A stretch of DNA of 64,000 bases, from assembly GCA_951406725.2 (NCBI GenBank), contig OX597817.1, positions 136,896,001 through 136,960,000 of the forward strand, in the 5' to 3' direction. Position 1 is the first letter of the stretch, and every line of letters begins with the position of its first letter. A program made the translations under genes and the position numbers. Origin of the DNA: Octopus vulgaris (lineage: Eukaryota). Below the pieces are notes generated by a model. It made no database searches. It was not told the origin of the DNA and saw nothing but the letters and a program-made list of their open reading frames with translations. Below, piece by piece: positions 13,590 through 25,389 of this stretch.

Positions 13590-14340
13590 CGTCCAGTTCA
13601 ATCTTTATTGCACCATTCTTTTCCATGTTGACTCAAATTGCTTGATTATATTGTCTTTTCATTGTTGTGGAGATCTTCCGAGTGGCCTTTTCCAATCTCT
13701 TCAATATCACTCAGCAACTTTGCAGGTCCACCTGTTGTCTGTGAACCTTGTGACATGTGTCTCAGCAGAACTTGCTCTTTTGGTATCCTGCAGTCACAAT
13801 TCAATCTGCTCCATTTTAAAATTATTTCATTCTGAATGAACTCTAGCGATGCCATTTCTAGCATGGATCTTTCCAAGGCCCTTTGTGTTGTAGCAAACGT
13901 ATGTTCTGTCCTCTTTGTAGTAGCCCCCATCTTGCTTGCATATAAGAATGCAGGTAGGGCAGTGTTATTAAAGAGTCTGGCTTTGTTTAGAGCACATCCT
14001 TTATTGAGTCAATTGCCTTCCATCCCACCCTTATTCTCTTAGAGTTCTCAGCTACCATATCTTGGCACATATCCACTCTGTGTCCTAGGTAGACATACAC
14101 CTTTATCTCCTTGATTTCATTGCTTCCCACCTGTATTCAGTCTTGTGCTATCTCTTCCAACTGTATAAGATTTGTTTTCATGCAGCTGAATTCGAGACCT
14201 GTTGCTAAGCTCTGAGAATCCAGCTTTATCATCATGGTCTGCACCTGGTCTATGGTTTCAGCAATGAGTACAATGTCATCTGTGAGCTCATCATTGATGT
14301 TCATCAGTGTCCTTGATGACCATTTCTAGACTCCAGGACA
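13590..14340 (-). mobile_element. Degenerate RTE-clade LINE, RT 3' part
   Basis: Minus-strand fragments translate to DDIVLIAET, ATTQRALERSML and HVTRFTDNRWT, with stops and frameshifts. Confidence 0.7.
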
Positions 14341-14827
14341 GGTGACATACTGTAACCATGATTGAGGCTCTTCATTTCATATAATTGTATGTGTATGGAT
14401 GTTTTCACTAATTGTTTTAGATGCCTGTGTAGTTAGGAGCAGATGTAGAGGTATTCTTTGTCCTTCCCATCTTCACCTAGTCAAACATCCAAGATGTGAT
14501 GGCTGGACAGTGAGTGAGAGAAAGAGAGAGAGCTAGAGCTACACCTGTAGTCAGTCAGTACATGTTTTAATGGAGTAGATTAATGTAAAATGAATTCAAT
14601 CAGTCAAAACACGTTGCCTGTTCTTGAGTTGAAACCACAATTTGGGGGATCATCATCATCATCGTTTAACGTCCGTTTTCCGCGCTAGCACGAGTTGAAG
14701 AAATATATAACATTAAGAACGGAGAAGTGGACAGTAAAATGGTGATGGTGGGGATAATGATGAAAGGATGTATGGACGTGTGTGTGTAATCATGTGTATG
14801 TATATGTATGGGCATGTGCATGTGCAG

Positions 14828-14871
<44 letters not shown>

Positions 14872-15559
14872 AGAGAGAGAGAGAGAGAGAGAGAGATTGA
14901 TTGATTTTATATACTTAACATTACCTGGTGACACATACCTAGTTAATGATCCAATAAATTATAATAATAAATGCTATATGATTTGTGTTTACCTGGGAAT
15001 ATGTAATCAGTGTTAATGTAAAAAGGTTAAAATGATTATTAAGCCAGGTGGAGTCGATTCCGCCTGCGCCATATGTAACATTGAATATATTTCGTGACAT
15101 AGGGAATAAAACGGATTGAGAAATCGGTTAAGGTTATTTATTATTGATTGTTGTTGGTGAAGAAAAAGGTAGGATTGTATTTACTTCTAGTCCCCATCCC
15201 CCCCCCCCCCCCATAAAAAGAATCACTGTTCGTCATTGCATCCCCTCCCCCAACAGCAACGAACGAAAATTTATTTAAAGGGTTTTTTCAAAGTTGATTA
15301 GAAAGGCAGAAGTTTCCAAGGGAAGTAACTCTCGTACATAGCCTGCAATGAAGAGTAATACCTCTTGCTACATTGCTTGTCTGTCTGTGTCTTTCCACAC
15401 ACGCTCATTATCTCTCTCTCTTTCCTCCACCGCTTTCTCCCTCTACTACTGCATCAATGATATTTATTATACCCGGCTACTATGGCGACGGTGATATACA
15501 TTAATTTCACTCACGTTATCTGTTTCTTTTTAAATTTATACACACATATTTTTGCCTTT

Positions 15560-16130
15560 ATTTTTCTAATAGTTTCTTACGACCACTCCATTCTTTGTCC
15601 ATTCATAAATATCCAGTTCATGTATTGTGTTCACCCCGATCCTCATTGTAATTTTTACCCCACATTTCCCTTACGCTGGATGGTTCTTCTCCCAGGACAT
15701 CATCTCACCACCTGTGATCCTTCGTACATCTGCTTCATCAAGTTTCCTATTGACAAGTCTCCTTGATTTATTACTATGTCTTTTATGGTTTTTCCCTTCC
15801 GCTACATGATCCAACCTCATGGGTCATGTAGCGTTTCTTTCCCTAGCTGCTTTCTTCCATATGCATCATGCATGGCCCCAGGGAAATCCTCTCTGTTTTC
15901 TTTTTTCATTTTTTCTCCACACCTTCATTCTCCATCACTCATACACCCTAGCATAAACGCATCAAGCAGATCGTTGACTGCTTCTAGCCTTCAGCCAGTC
16001 TCTTCCTCATTCAATGGCCATGTTGCGCAATCATACAAAATTGTACACCGAACACACGCAGCTTACTAATGTAGCTCCTTCTTTAGAGATGGTCACAACT
16101 GGAACACCTTTGATCATTTATCTGCTTGAT
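15560..16130 (-). mobile_element. Degenerate LINE 3' fragment, probably RTE
   Basis: Minus strand resembles the ACVR...LY..ETWPL region of RTE ORFs but is heavily decayed. Confidence 0.45.
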
Positions 16131-16262
16131 CAAGGCCTGCCTGGGGCTAAGCAACAATGCTGTCATTGATATAATGCAAGGTTATTGTTGAGATAAAAAT
16201 GATAAAATATGGAATTATTATTGTATCCTCTGTTAATTTTAGAACATGGTGTGTATGATATA

Positions 16263-16956
16263 CAGGCTGGCCATAAAGTCATGCACCTTCTTGCAATATG
16301 TGAAATTGCAAACATTCTGTATTTTTATCTCTTTTCACAACTGCCAATGTTACTCACAAACCAATCCTCATTGGATGGAGGAAGATAATCAACAAGGCTG
16401 GGGCAAGGTAATGGTGTGATGTGGGATTTGGCACAATCAAGTAATTGGACCATTTTATTATGAGGGCCATGTGACAAGTGCTGCATATCTGGACATGTTT
16501 GGCAGCATGCCTTATATGCATTCACTTGGAAGGAGAAGTCCTGTCTGGTTTCAGCAGGATGGGGTTCTACCCCATTATGCATTACAGGTTTATGATATTC
16601 TGAATGAACATTTTCCAGGGAGATGGCTCAGGTGTTGCAAGCCAATTGAATGGGCACCATGGTCACCAAATTTAATTCCCATGCACTTTTTCTTCTGGGG
16701 TTACATTAAATCCCTTGTGTATTCTGAAAAGATTCCTGGCCAAAGACATCTACTTCAAAGAATTGTTGAAGCGTGTGAACAATTCAACAGCAATGAAGAG
16801 CTATTTGAGAGGGTTCATTGCCATTTCAAATTCTGTATGAACACTTGTTGAGAGCCACATGGCCAACACTTTGAACATTTGTAATGGATTACCTATTTCA
16901 TTGCTAATAAAACCTACTGGGTATCTCCCATGGTGTGTGACTTTGTGGCCAGCCCA
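16263..16956 (+). mobile_element. Internally deleted Tc1/mariner transposon with a transposase C-terminal relic
   Basis: TIRs CAGGCTGGCCATAAAGTCATGCACC / GGTGTGTGACTTTGTGGCCAGCCCA flanked by TA. ORF 16471-16851 has WFQQDG.LPHY...FPGRW...WAPWSPNLIPMHFFFWGYIKSLVY, with the third catalytic Asp lost. Confidence 0.88.
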
Positions 16957-16989
16957 TATATTTATACATTATTACTATCATTATTACTA

Positions 16990-17215
16990 AATCAGCAAGA
17001 TGGCAGAATCGTTAGCGCACTGAACAAAATATTTAGTGGCATTTCATCCATTTTTACTGTGTGAGTTCAAATTCTGCTGAGGTCGACTTTGCCTTTCATC
17101 TTTTTGGGGTTGATAAGCCAAATACCAGTGAAACACAGGGATCGATGTAATCAACTAGTGCCCCTCCCCCCAAAAAAATTTCAGGCCTTGTGCCTTTAGT
17201 AGAATGGATTAGTAT
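16990..17215 (+). mobile_element. SINE family A copy
   Basis: TGGCAGAATCGTTAGC...GAGTTCAAATTCTGCTGAGGTCGACTTTGCCTTTCATC...GGCCTTGTGCCT. Confidence 0.85.
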
Positions 17216-18083
17216 TAATATATAAAAGAACTCATTATTATTTTTTTTTCTGTAAACTTCCACATTAAAAAGGAATAAGTCATAGGAATATAATTTATAT
17301 TATCTCAATTCTGTAGATTATAATCACAGTGGGTTGGGATAACAATTCTTCTGTTGGTAATTCTTTGGTGTGAACTCTTGTCATGATCCAAGAAATAACC
17401 TTGTTACAAGCAGCTCTAACAAATCCCTAAACTTTCTCCTGTTCTTACTTTGGCTGCTGTGCTTTCAAACACCCACCACCATCTCTATTACTAATTGCTC
17501 ACCTAGGTTATAGAAGCTATCAACTTCTTGTTGGGAATATTCGCTGCAGTTGAAAAAAATTTATTACCAGTTGTTTATGACTAAATTGGCCAACATTATT
17601 CAACCATCTTTAAGAGAAAGAGGAGAAATGGGCTTTTTTTTTTATACTGGAAATCTCTTGCAACAAGTTAGCCAAAAAAAACTAACAATAAAACAAGCCT
17701 CAAGCAATGTGCATGTGTTTGTGTCGTTTTGTTTTGATATTTCTGCACTGGTTGTAGACAAGGTCACCATTCATATCAAAATAGTACCATTGATTTTCAC
17801 ATCATCTATGAAAAACAATGTCTAGTCATGGAGTTGATTGTTTAAAGAACTTGCTTGGGGACAGGTAAGGATTGGTGACAAGACGGGCATCTGGCTGTAG
17901 AAAATTTACCTCACCAAGTTTTGTCACATCCACATATGGAAAACTGGACATTAAATAATGGAGGCGGTGGTAGTAGTAGTGGTGGTGGTATGTCATTCAC
18001 TTTTCAGTGACAAAGTTTTGGCAGTGAAAATTTTAGTAATTTTGTAATATGTTTAAACATGTGCATGTATGTATGCATGTGTG

Positions 18084-18122
<39 letters not shown>

Positions 18123-19385
18123 TTATATGTGAGTGTATATATATGTATGTACGTATGTATGTATGTATATAAAATGACTAGTTCAAGGAAATCCGCTTCT
18201 GTATTTATTTAAGCTTAACCTAAAATCCAGGTCAAAAGCATGCATCTAAATGATACTCTTCCCTCTCACCCCCCATTCTTGTTGTGTTTCATAATTGAAC
18301 TGAAATCCTAACAGATCTCTGCTGTGCTTCATAAACCATTTCCTATAATTACTGATGCTTCCTGGCACTTTTTTTTTCTCAAATTCCGGAACTGTTTTTT
18401 CACATATTCACATTGGTAGTCTTAGTGACTACTTTGTTGTTGCCTTCTTTTTGTCAAATCCTTCCTTATATCCTTGTAGTACTTGCTAGACAGGGACTCT
18501 AACCCCAGCAGGTTAATTTCATTAAGCATTGTAGAATGAAATTTTAATGAATTTAAAAAAAATGATCTGATTAATTTACCTCGTCAGAACTGAATTTAGA
18601 AAACACTAATTTTAGCGGTGAATCTTAACAGCAAGAACCTTATTTCAATTAACTAAAACTAGTATCTCCAAATTCTAAAACTATAAGTTTGCTTATCTTT
18701 ATTAATCTACAGAAAATGCTATTATTTTCATTGTTTGAAAAATATTACTATGAAAATTGATCTCTAAGCAAACTTATTTTATACGTCAAAATTCTATGGC
18801 ATTCTGCCATCTCTATCTGTTGTTATTATTATAGCCATTATAATTCCCCATAATAGTTTTAAAATTGTAGAATTCATAGAAACCCCCTTGGGGGTAGCAA
18901 CTACTCCCAACCAATGATTGATGTAGACAGTTCATGTTTAGATTCTACTTTACCAGATATTTTATACACCAGAATCTCTGAAAAGGACAGTTCCTAACCA
19001 TGTCTTTTTTTCTTGGTGTTTTTTTTAAAACAAGACTCAACCCTCATTTCTCAGTTTTGCAATTAATATCTATATAGCTGTACATATGCATGCATTATTC
19101 AAACGTACTGGCCTTTATATGGCCATCTTTAACTAATGAATATATTGGAATGTATTCTTGAATAGACTCTTGTTGGCTTTTATAGTAAAAGACAAGAATT
19201 TAATGTTTTGTCTCCTGAAATGGCCTAGTTTTCCTCTACACTGCATTTTATTTTAGCAACAAATTAAAAACAGATATGGAGAGGTAATTCTAAAATGTCT
19301 GGCAGACTTTTGCCGCAGAAACCCCTGAGTATCTGCGATGGTCAACTTTTCTAAATCTATCATTTGTATTTGTTTATTCTTTCAG

Positions 19386-19713
19386 ATTCTCCCAGTACTT
19401 CCAAAGCAGCAGCCGCACCAGCAGCAGCAGCAGACCCAACAAGCTTTGCAACAGGCCCACATGGATATTACATCTCAACTCCCTTCAATTCCTCCATTGT
19501 CCAATGCTTCAAATGTCCCCCTTTTAACCTCCACACCTGCCATGAGTTTATCACCCACTACTACCTGTACATCACCTCAAATGGTCATCTCTACTGCCCA
19601 TCCTGCACATTCACCTGTCCAGCAGTCACCCCAGCACCAACAGCAAGCCTCCAGCAGTGTGGGACCAATCCGTCGACGGGTATCAGACAAGTGCAATCTG
19701 CCTATCTCTGCTG
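19386..19713 (+). CDS. FoxP: FoxP coding exon: Q/S/P-rich linker upstream of the forkhead domain (ILPVLPKQQPHQQQQQ...GPIRRRVSDKCNLPISA)
   Basis: Acceptor ttattctttcag| at 19385. The frame is open and ends in GPIRRRVSDK, the motif preceding FoxP forkhead domains. Donor G|gtgggt at 19714 is phase 1 and joins the next exon in frame (G+AA = Glu). Confidence 0.92.
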
Positions 19714-19814
19714 GTGGGTAGTACAACCTGATGAGAGAGAGAGAGAGAGTTATTGATGTATTTTTAACACCTAACCTTAGTTGTTTTATCAAGTTTAGTT
19801 ATTATGTATTATCA

Positions 19815-19848
<34 letters not shown>

Positions 19849-19913
19849 CATTATTATTATTATTATTATTATCATTATTATTATTATCATTATTATTATT
19901 ATTATTATTATTC

Positions 19914-20127
19914 AGGCGGTGAGCTGGGAGAGTTGTTATCCTGCTGGGCAAAATGCTTTGCGGCATTTTGTCAGTCTTCGTGTTCTGAGTTTAAATGCTG
20001 CTTGGGTCAGCTTTGCTTTTTTATCCTTTCAAGGTTGAAAAAATAAGTACCAGTGAAATACTGGAGTCGGTGTAATCAACCTATCCCCTCCCCTCAAATT
20101 GGTGTCCTTGTGCCAAAACCTGAAACC
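19914..20127 (+). mobile_element. SINE family A copy, preceded by (TTA)n at 19806-19912
   Basis: Diverged match to the family A head and core. Confidence 0.75.
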
Positions 20128-21480
20128 ACCACATCATCATCATCATCAGTATTACTAGGGTGTCTTTTTTTACACCAAGTGTAGTTTCACTGTCTCATAT
20201 CTGACACCCACCCCCCACAATAGATTCCTAAGTATCAATGGAATCACCCTTTCCCCACACTAACAGTAAATTCCATCTGACCCATGCAAGCATGGAAAGG
20301 TGGACGTTAAAACAATAACACTGACGATTGCATAACATAAAGAGGTTATTTGAAGAGATACTTGACTGAATATCATCATAGAAACACGTTTCTCTCTCAT
20401 AACTGACATTTTATGCTCCAGGACTTGTCTTTTTAAACTTTTTATGTTACACTTATTTTAGAAATTGAAAGCCTTTGTTGATTCCTTCTGCTATTGGGAA
20501 ATTTTTGTGATTCTTGCCATTGTTACATAAGTGCCATAATAGATCGTTAGCCACTACACACATTTTTTTCTCTTCTTGTTTTTTCTGTGTCCCTTTCTGT
20601 AGAAGAGCATTAATACATCTGTTTGTTTTGTACACCACCTGTCTTCGTCTTTTGTTTTTTCGTAAACTCTCCTTACATAAGCGATATAGTGGTATTGTTT
20701 TAACAATTTTAATGAAGCCATACCCTAAAACTCCTCGAATTTTTCGAGTCATTTTTTTCTTAAGATTAAAAAAAAAAGGAAAGAAAAAGAAGAAAACAAT
20801 AATCCCTTATGGAGATCTTCTTATAAAGAAGTTAAAATAAAGAAACGTGTACAGTTTGTAGAACTAACTTTAGATTATTTATTTACCTAGTATAAGCATT
20901 GTTTAAATTAAAAATAAAATTTTATCAGTGGCTTTGTTTTCCTGTGTCAGAAGACAGAAAATTCTAAGCTAATTCGGCATCGACTATGCCGCTTTTCCCA
21001 AAAGTAACCCCTGACTTCAGATTTGAATGAAGGGAAACTGGATAACCTGTAGTCAAGGGAGACTATTCGACATTTAAGAGTTACCTCCCATGGCCTTCAA
21101 TGCTTGCTCTTTCATTTCTGTTCAGAGGGAGAAAAATAGATGGATGGATGGATAAATAGTGAGTGAAATAGAACATGTGCAGGTGACGTTGTCATAGCAA
21201 CAGGGTGGTGGTGGTGGTGGTATATATTTATAGTTTCTGCCATGCTTTATGATGGGCCTTTATAGTAGAAGACTATTTATTACAAATGTATTGGGGACAT
21301 GGGTTAGGTTGGTGACAGAATAGCCTGGAGCTGTTTCACTCCGACGTCCTAGATTAATCTCAATGGTAGTGGTGGTGGTGGTGAGGATAGGGTAATAAAG
21401 TTAAAATAATCTGCCAGCCATCATATTCGTCAGTATCTCTGACTGTCAACCATTTATTTGACTCAATTTGAATATTAGTG

Positions 21481-21675
21481 CAGGTGGCACGTAAAAAGCA
21501 CCCACTACACTCTCGGAGTGGTTGGCGTTAGGAAGAGCATCCAGCTGTAGAAACTCTGCCAAATCAAGACTGGTGTCTGGTGCAGCCATCTGGTTGTCAG
21601 CCCTCAGTCAAAACCGTCCAACCCATGCTAGCATGGAAAGCGGACGTTAAACAATGATGATGATGATGATGATGA
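21481..21675 (+). mobile_element. SINE family B copy
   Basis: GGTGGCACGTAAAAAGCACCCACTACACTCTCGGAGTGG...GCGGACGTTAAAC(GAT)n. Confidence 0.85.
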
Positions 21676-21811
21676 TCTCTTTGTTACCAATCTACAGAAT
21701 TCCAGTTGGCTGCCATAGATTGCATCTAAATTGTGTAAAAAGGAACCTGACAAATTAAAACTCAACTCGCATTTAATGAACATGAATGATTATGATTTCT
21801 ATAATAATAAT

Positions 21812-22027
21812 GATCCTTTCTACTATAGGCACAAGGCCTGAAATTTGGGGCAGAATGATAATCAATTACATTAACCCCAGTGGTCAACTGGTATTCATTT
21901 TATCAACCCTGAAAGGATAAAAGGCCAAGTTGACCTTGGCAGAATTTGAACTCACAACATAAAGACAGACGAAATTCTACAAAGTATTTTGTCCTGTATG
22001 CTAACGATTCTGCCAGCTCACTGCCTT
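21812..22027 (-). mobile_element. SINE family A copy
   Basis: Reverse complement of family A, embedded in (TAA)n. Confidence 0.85.
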
Positions 22028-22258
22028 AATAATAATAATAAAAGAAGTTAACTATGACACTTGAGTGCAGTATAGTTTGTTGGAAGAGGGTAAAAAGATG
22101 AGACAGAAATGAGTAAATAAGTAAAGTGAAGAAAGACAGCAAAGATAGCCAAAAATGCCAGCATTGTACGCAGGATGAAGAACACAAGAAGACAAAAGGG
22201 AACCTTAAAAAGGGATGCATAGACACCTTTATTTCTTCATTATATCATTGGTATTCCA

Positions 22259-22880
22259 AGAACTGTTTGTCAGCAGAAAATAAGATATTGCAACAGCATC
22301 AATGCCATCACAACATCTTGATGGAGGTGAAAAATGTTAATGTCCGGTTTTATACCAAAGCAGCCAATCAATGTCAACACATTGTCAGAATTATGTATCA
22401 CAATAAACGTGTTCCAAACAAATAACAGGATTTTTAAATACTGTTGGGGAATTCTTACACAGCATTCTTTCTGAAAATTTCTAGCCTTGTGCCTGTAGCA
22501 GAAAGGATAGCATCATTGTCACGAATAGTAGTTGTAGTAGTAGTAGTAGTAAGCATACATAGGAAACACTCCCAAAAGTTAACCTTTTTTTTAAAAAGTA
22601 TTAATTTTTTTTTTCGGAAACTTTTTTTAAAAAACTGTTCCAAGTTAAAGAATGCTGTGTAAGAAATCCCCAACAGTATTTAAAAATCCTGTTATTTTTT
22701 TGGAATACGTTTATTGTGATACATAATTCTGACAATGTGTTGACACTAATTGGCTGTGTGATGTGGGGGAATTCATTACTGCTTTGGTATATAACATCAG
22801 ACATTTTTTCAACTCCATCAAGATGTCGTGATGTCATTGATGCTGTTGCAATATCTAGTTTTCTGCTGACAAACAGTTCT
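22259..22880. mobile_element. Foldback/MITE-like element with ~210-230-bp inverted arms (22259-22470, 22648-22880)
   Basis: AACTGTTTGTCAGCAGAAAA...CTTACACAGCATTCTT is mirrored by AAGAATGCTGTGTAAG...TTTTCTGCTGACAAACAGTT. Confidence 0.85.
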
Positions 22881-23263
22881 CCTTAACCTCGTTAGAATTG
22901 TGTCCCCCCCAATTAAGCAAATCTATGTACTGCTTGTTAGAATAGTGCCTGTCCTAAGTGCACAACTTATGACTTGTGTTCAATTCCACACCCTGTCAAA
23001 TAAAACGTTTATTTTCTAGAATCTGTGGCAAAAGAATATGAATATTGATAGAATTGTCAGAGCATCAAGCTAAGCTGTGGCATTTAGTTGTGGTACGATC
23101 ATTTCTGAGTTCAATTATCATTGAGGTCAACTCTACTTTTCATTTGTTTCAAGTTGATTAAATAAATAAGTATTGGGGTGGTTTTCTTAATTAATCCACT
23201 TCTCTAAAATCTCATGTCTTAAGCTTATGTTAGGAACAATCATCATCATCTCCATCGTCATCG

Positions 23264-23294
<31 letters not shown>

Positions 23295-23852
23295 GTTATT
23301 TTCTGCTCTTCGTGCCTGTTTGTTCATTGTGTTGAAAACTTTTTGGATAATTCTTGCTAAACCTAGTTAAGTATTTTCTTCACCCTTCTTGCTCCCGGAT
23401 TAAGATCAAGCTTTACCAGGTTTGTCCTCAGATTGTTTCTGTCACTATACTATTTATAATAATTGGTGCTTTAATGATCCCTATTAATTCCTTCATTCTG
23501 GTATTTGAGAATTTCATACTTTCAGCTTTGTAGAATTCTCTCTGCTTTGTCATTTTTTTTTTCCTTTCTTTTCTCTTTGACCCTTTTAATGCCAAATGGC
23601 CAAGTTATGTTGTTTTCTTCATTCAGTTTGTCACACAACAACTCCACTTCATCATTTCTAAGGACTTGCATTTCTATTTCCACAAAATTGCCATAGTTTT
23701 GTGTGTGTGTGTGTGTGTGTGAGAGGTGGGGGGGAGAGAAAGAGAAACTAAATTTCCAGCAAACATTGCAATGTTTTGTTGCAGCAATCTATATGTTGCC
23801 TACAATTTTTACATTCATTATAAAGTAATCATAATAATAATAATAATAATGA

Positions 23853-24343
23853 AATTATTGTGTATAGTGCTCAGGTGCAGTACAACTTGCATGTACAGTA
23901 CATAGAATTATGTGCAAAACTCAGGAAAGTGAACAGTGTATGAGTCATTATGTACATGTGTGCATGCGCATGGCAAACACTCACAAAATTATTAACCATT
24001 GTGCCAACAACTACCTTGAGCACCTTTGTGTCTAAGCTCCATGTGTCTAACACATGTTGACATGCTTACAAAGTCAGAAAGCAGCACAGTTCCCATGACT
24101 TTCGGAAACATTTTTTCATGCTCAGAGTTGCTGAAGCATGGAACAAACTACCTGCATCAGTTGTTAGTTGCCAAGATATTGCATCCTTTAAAACCTCTGT
24201 GCTTCCTGAAATTCGCCAACATGACACCTGGTATCCCCCACTCTCCATACAAATACATACACATGTATATCATGACTCCTACACTGTTTTCTTTCCTGAC
24301 TTTGATGAGTTGTAGTGCACCTGAGCACTGTACACAATAATTT
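23853..24343. mobile_element. Two CR1/L2-type LINE 3' ends in inverted orientation (minus ~23853-23965, plus ~24020-24343)
   Basis: Plus strand translates to YKVRKQHSSHDFRKHFFMLRVAEAWNKLPASVV. Its 3' end GTGCACCTGAGCACTGTACACAATAATTT is mirrored at 23853-23880. Confidence 0.8.
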
Positions 24344-24437
24344 CATTGCAGTTCTATATTTAAGAGATGAGGAATTATTTACATTATTTGTATTATTTAC
24401 ATTTTACGGATATTTGTCCTCATCTTGTTTGTTGTTA

Positions 24438-24481
24438 GCACAACGTTTCAGCTGATATACCCTCCAGCCTTTATCAGGTGT
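24438..24481 (-). ncRNA. Minimal type I hammerhead ribozyme motif, with G8>A in this copy
   Basis: Minus strand reads ACAC CTGATAA A GGCTG-gagggtatat-CAGCT GAAA CG TT GTGC, with palindromic AACGTT at helix III. Confidence 0.65.
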
Positions 24482-24518
24482 TTTGGGAAAATTTTGAACC
24501 TGGGTTCTCATTCCCAAG

Positions 24519-24562
24519 ACACCTGATGAAGGCTGGAGGGTATATCAGCCGAAACGCTGTGT
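24519..24562 (+). ncRNA. Minimal type I hammerhead ribozyme motif, with U16.1>C in this copy
   Basis: ACAC CTGATGA A GGCTG-gagggtatat-CAGCC GAAA CG CT GTGT: stem I ACAC/GTGT, 5-bp stem II and the conserved core. Confidence 0.7.
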
Positions 24563-24609
24563 TAACAACAAACAAGATAAGGACAGATATCCGTCAAATG
24601 TAAATAATT

Positions 24610-24641
<32 letters not shown>

Positions 24642-25059
24642 GTTGTTCTGAGTTGAGTTGTGAATATACCAATATAATCTATGCTGTCATTTCGATCTTT
24701 ACACATTTAACTGGTTGGAGGATCTAAATCTTTTTATTTAGTCCACTGACGTTCAACATTTAAATATTCCTTACATCAACTTTTCTCCTTCATCATTTTA
24801 ACATTCATAAATTATGTCAGCCCATATAAATTAATGTTGTGCCATTCCAAAGAGAAAGGAAAGTAATTATTTTTTTATGTTAATTACATTTTTATTTCTT
24901 TTATTTATTTCTTTCATTTCTTTTAATTTTTTTTAGCTTTTTATATTTTTGTTTTTGATTTCTTTTTTTTTTAATCTATTATTTCCAAGGTCGTTTTATT
25001 TTTTGTTTTTGTTGTAGGAATGCAGAGAGACATGGAGAACGCATTTCTTTCTTTTGTAG

Positions 25060-25136
25060 AAATCCAGAGAAATCGCGAATTTTACCGAACAACAGACGTC
25101 CGACCACCATTCACATATGCCTCTCTCATTCGTCAG
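25060..25136 (+). CDS. FoxP: FoxP forkhead exon 1 ((E)[25 protein letters not shown]); a possible longer form starts at 25018
   Basis: Acceptor tttcttttgtag| at 25059 and donor CAG|gtaggt at 25137. Manual translation gives the FoxP signature [14 protein letters not shown]. Too short for the ORF track. Confidence 0.96.
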
Positions 25137-25389
25137 GTAGGTGCATCGTTTAGAAAGAGCTGCTCCACATAACATGACTGCTAAGTCAGTATGTGTAGAC
25201 TCTTTTATTCTCTGTTATACAATCTGTTTTGCCAGCCAATGCTTTCCAACCATTTGCAGTCTAGCTATGCCAAGGTGAATGCAATAAAATATCCACTTAA
25301 ATGGTAAAATAATACTCAACATTAAACTGAAACAAGTTCTGCTTGATTAAAAAAATGTTTCCAACACCACAATAACTTTACTAAAGTTT

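Larger units (their letters stand above)
24361..24608. mobile_element. Inverted pair of Penelope-like terminal repeats forming a ~215-nt hairpin, one hammerhead motif per arm
   Basis: Arms 24392-24490 and 24511-24608 are near-perfect reverse complements, each carrying a CTGAT(G/A)A...GAAAC core. Confidence 0.8.

Noticed and set aside
1-19385. Upstream FoxP zinc-finger and leucine-zipper exons
   Set aside because: No CKWPGC or LDDRSTAQ-like coding sequence was recognised. They probably lie upstream of the window, although a very short exon could have been missed.
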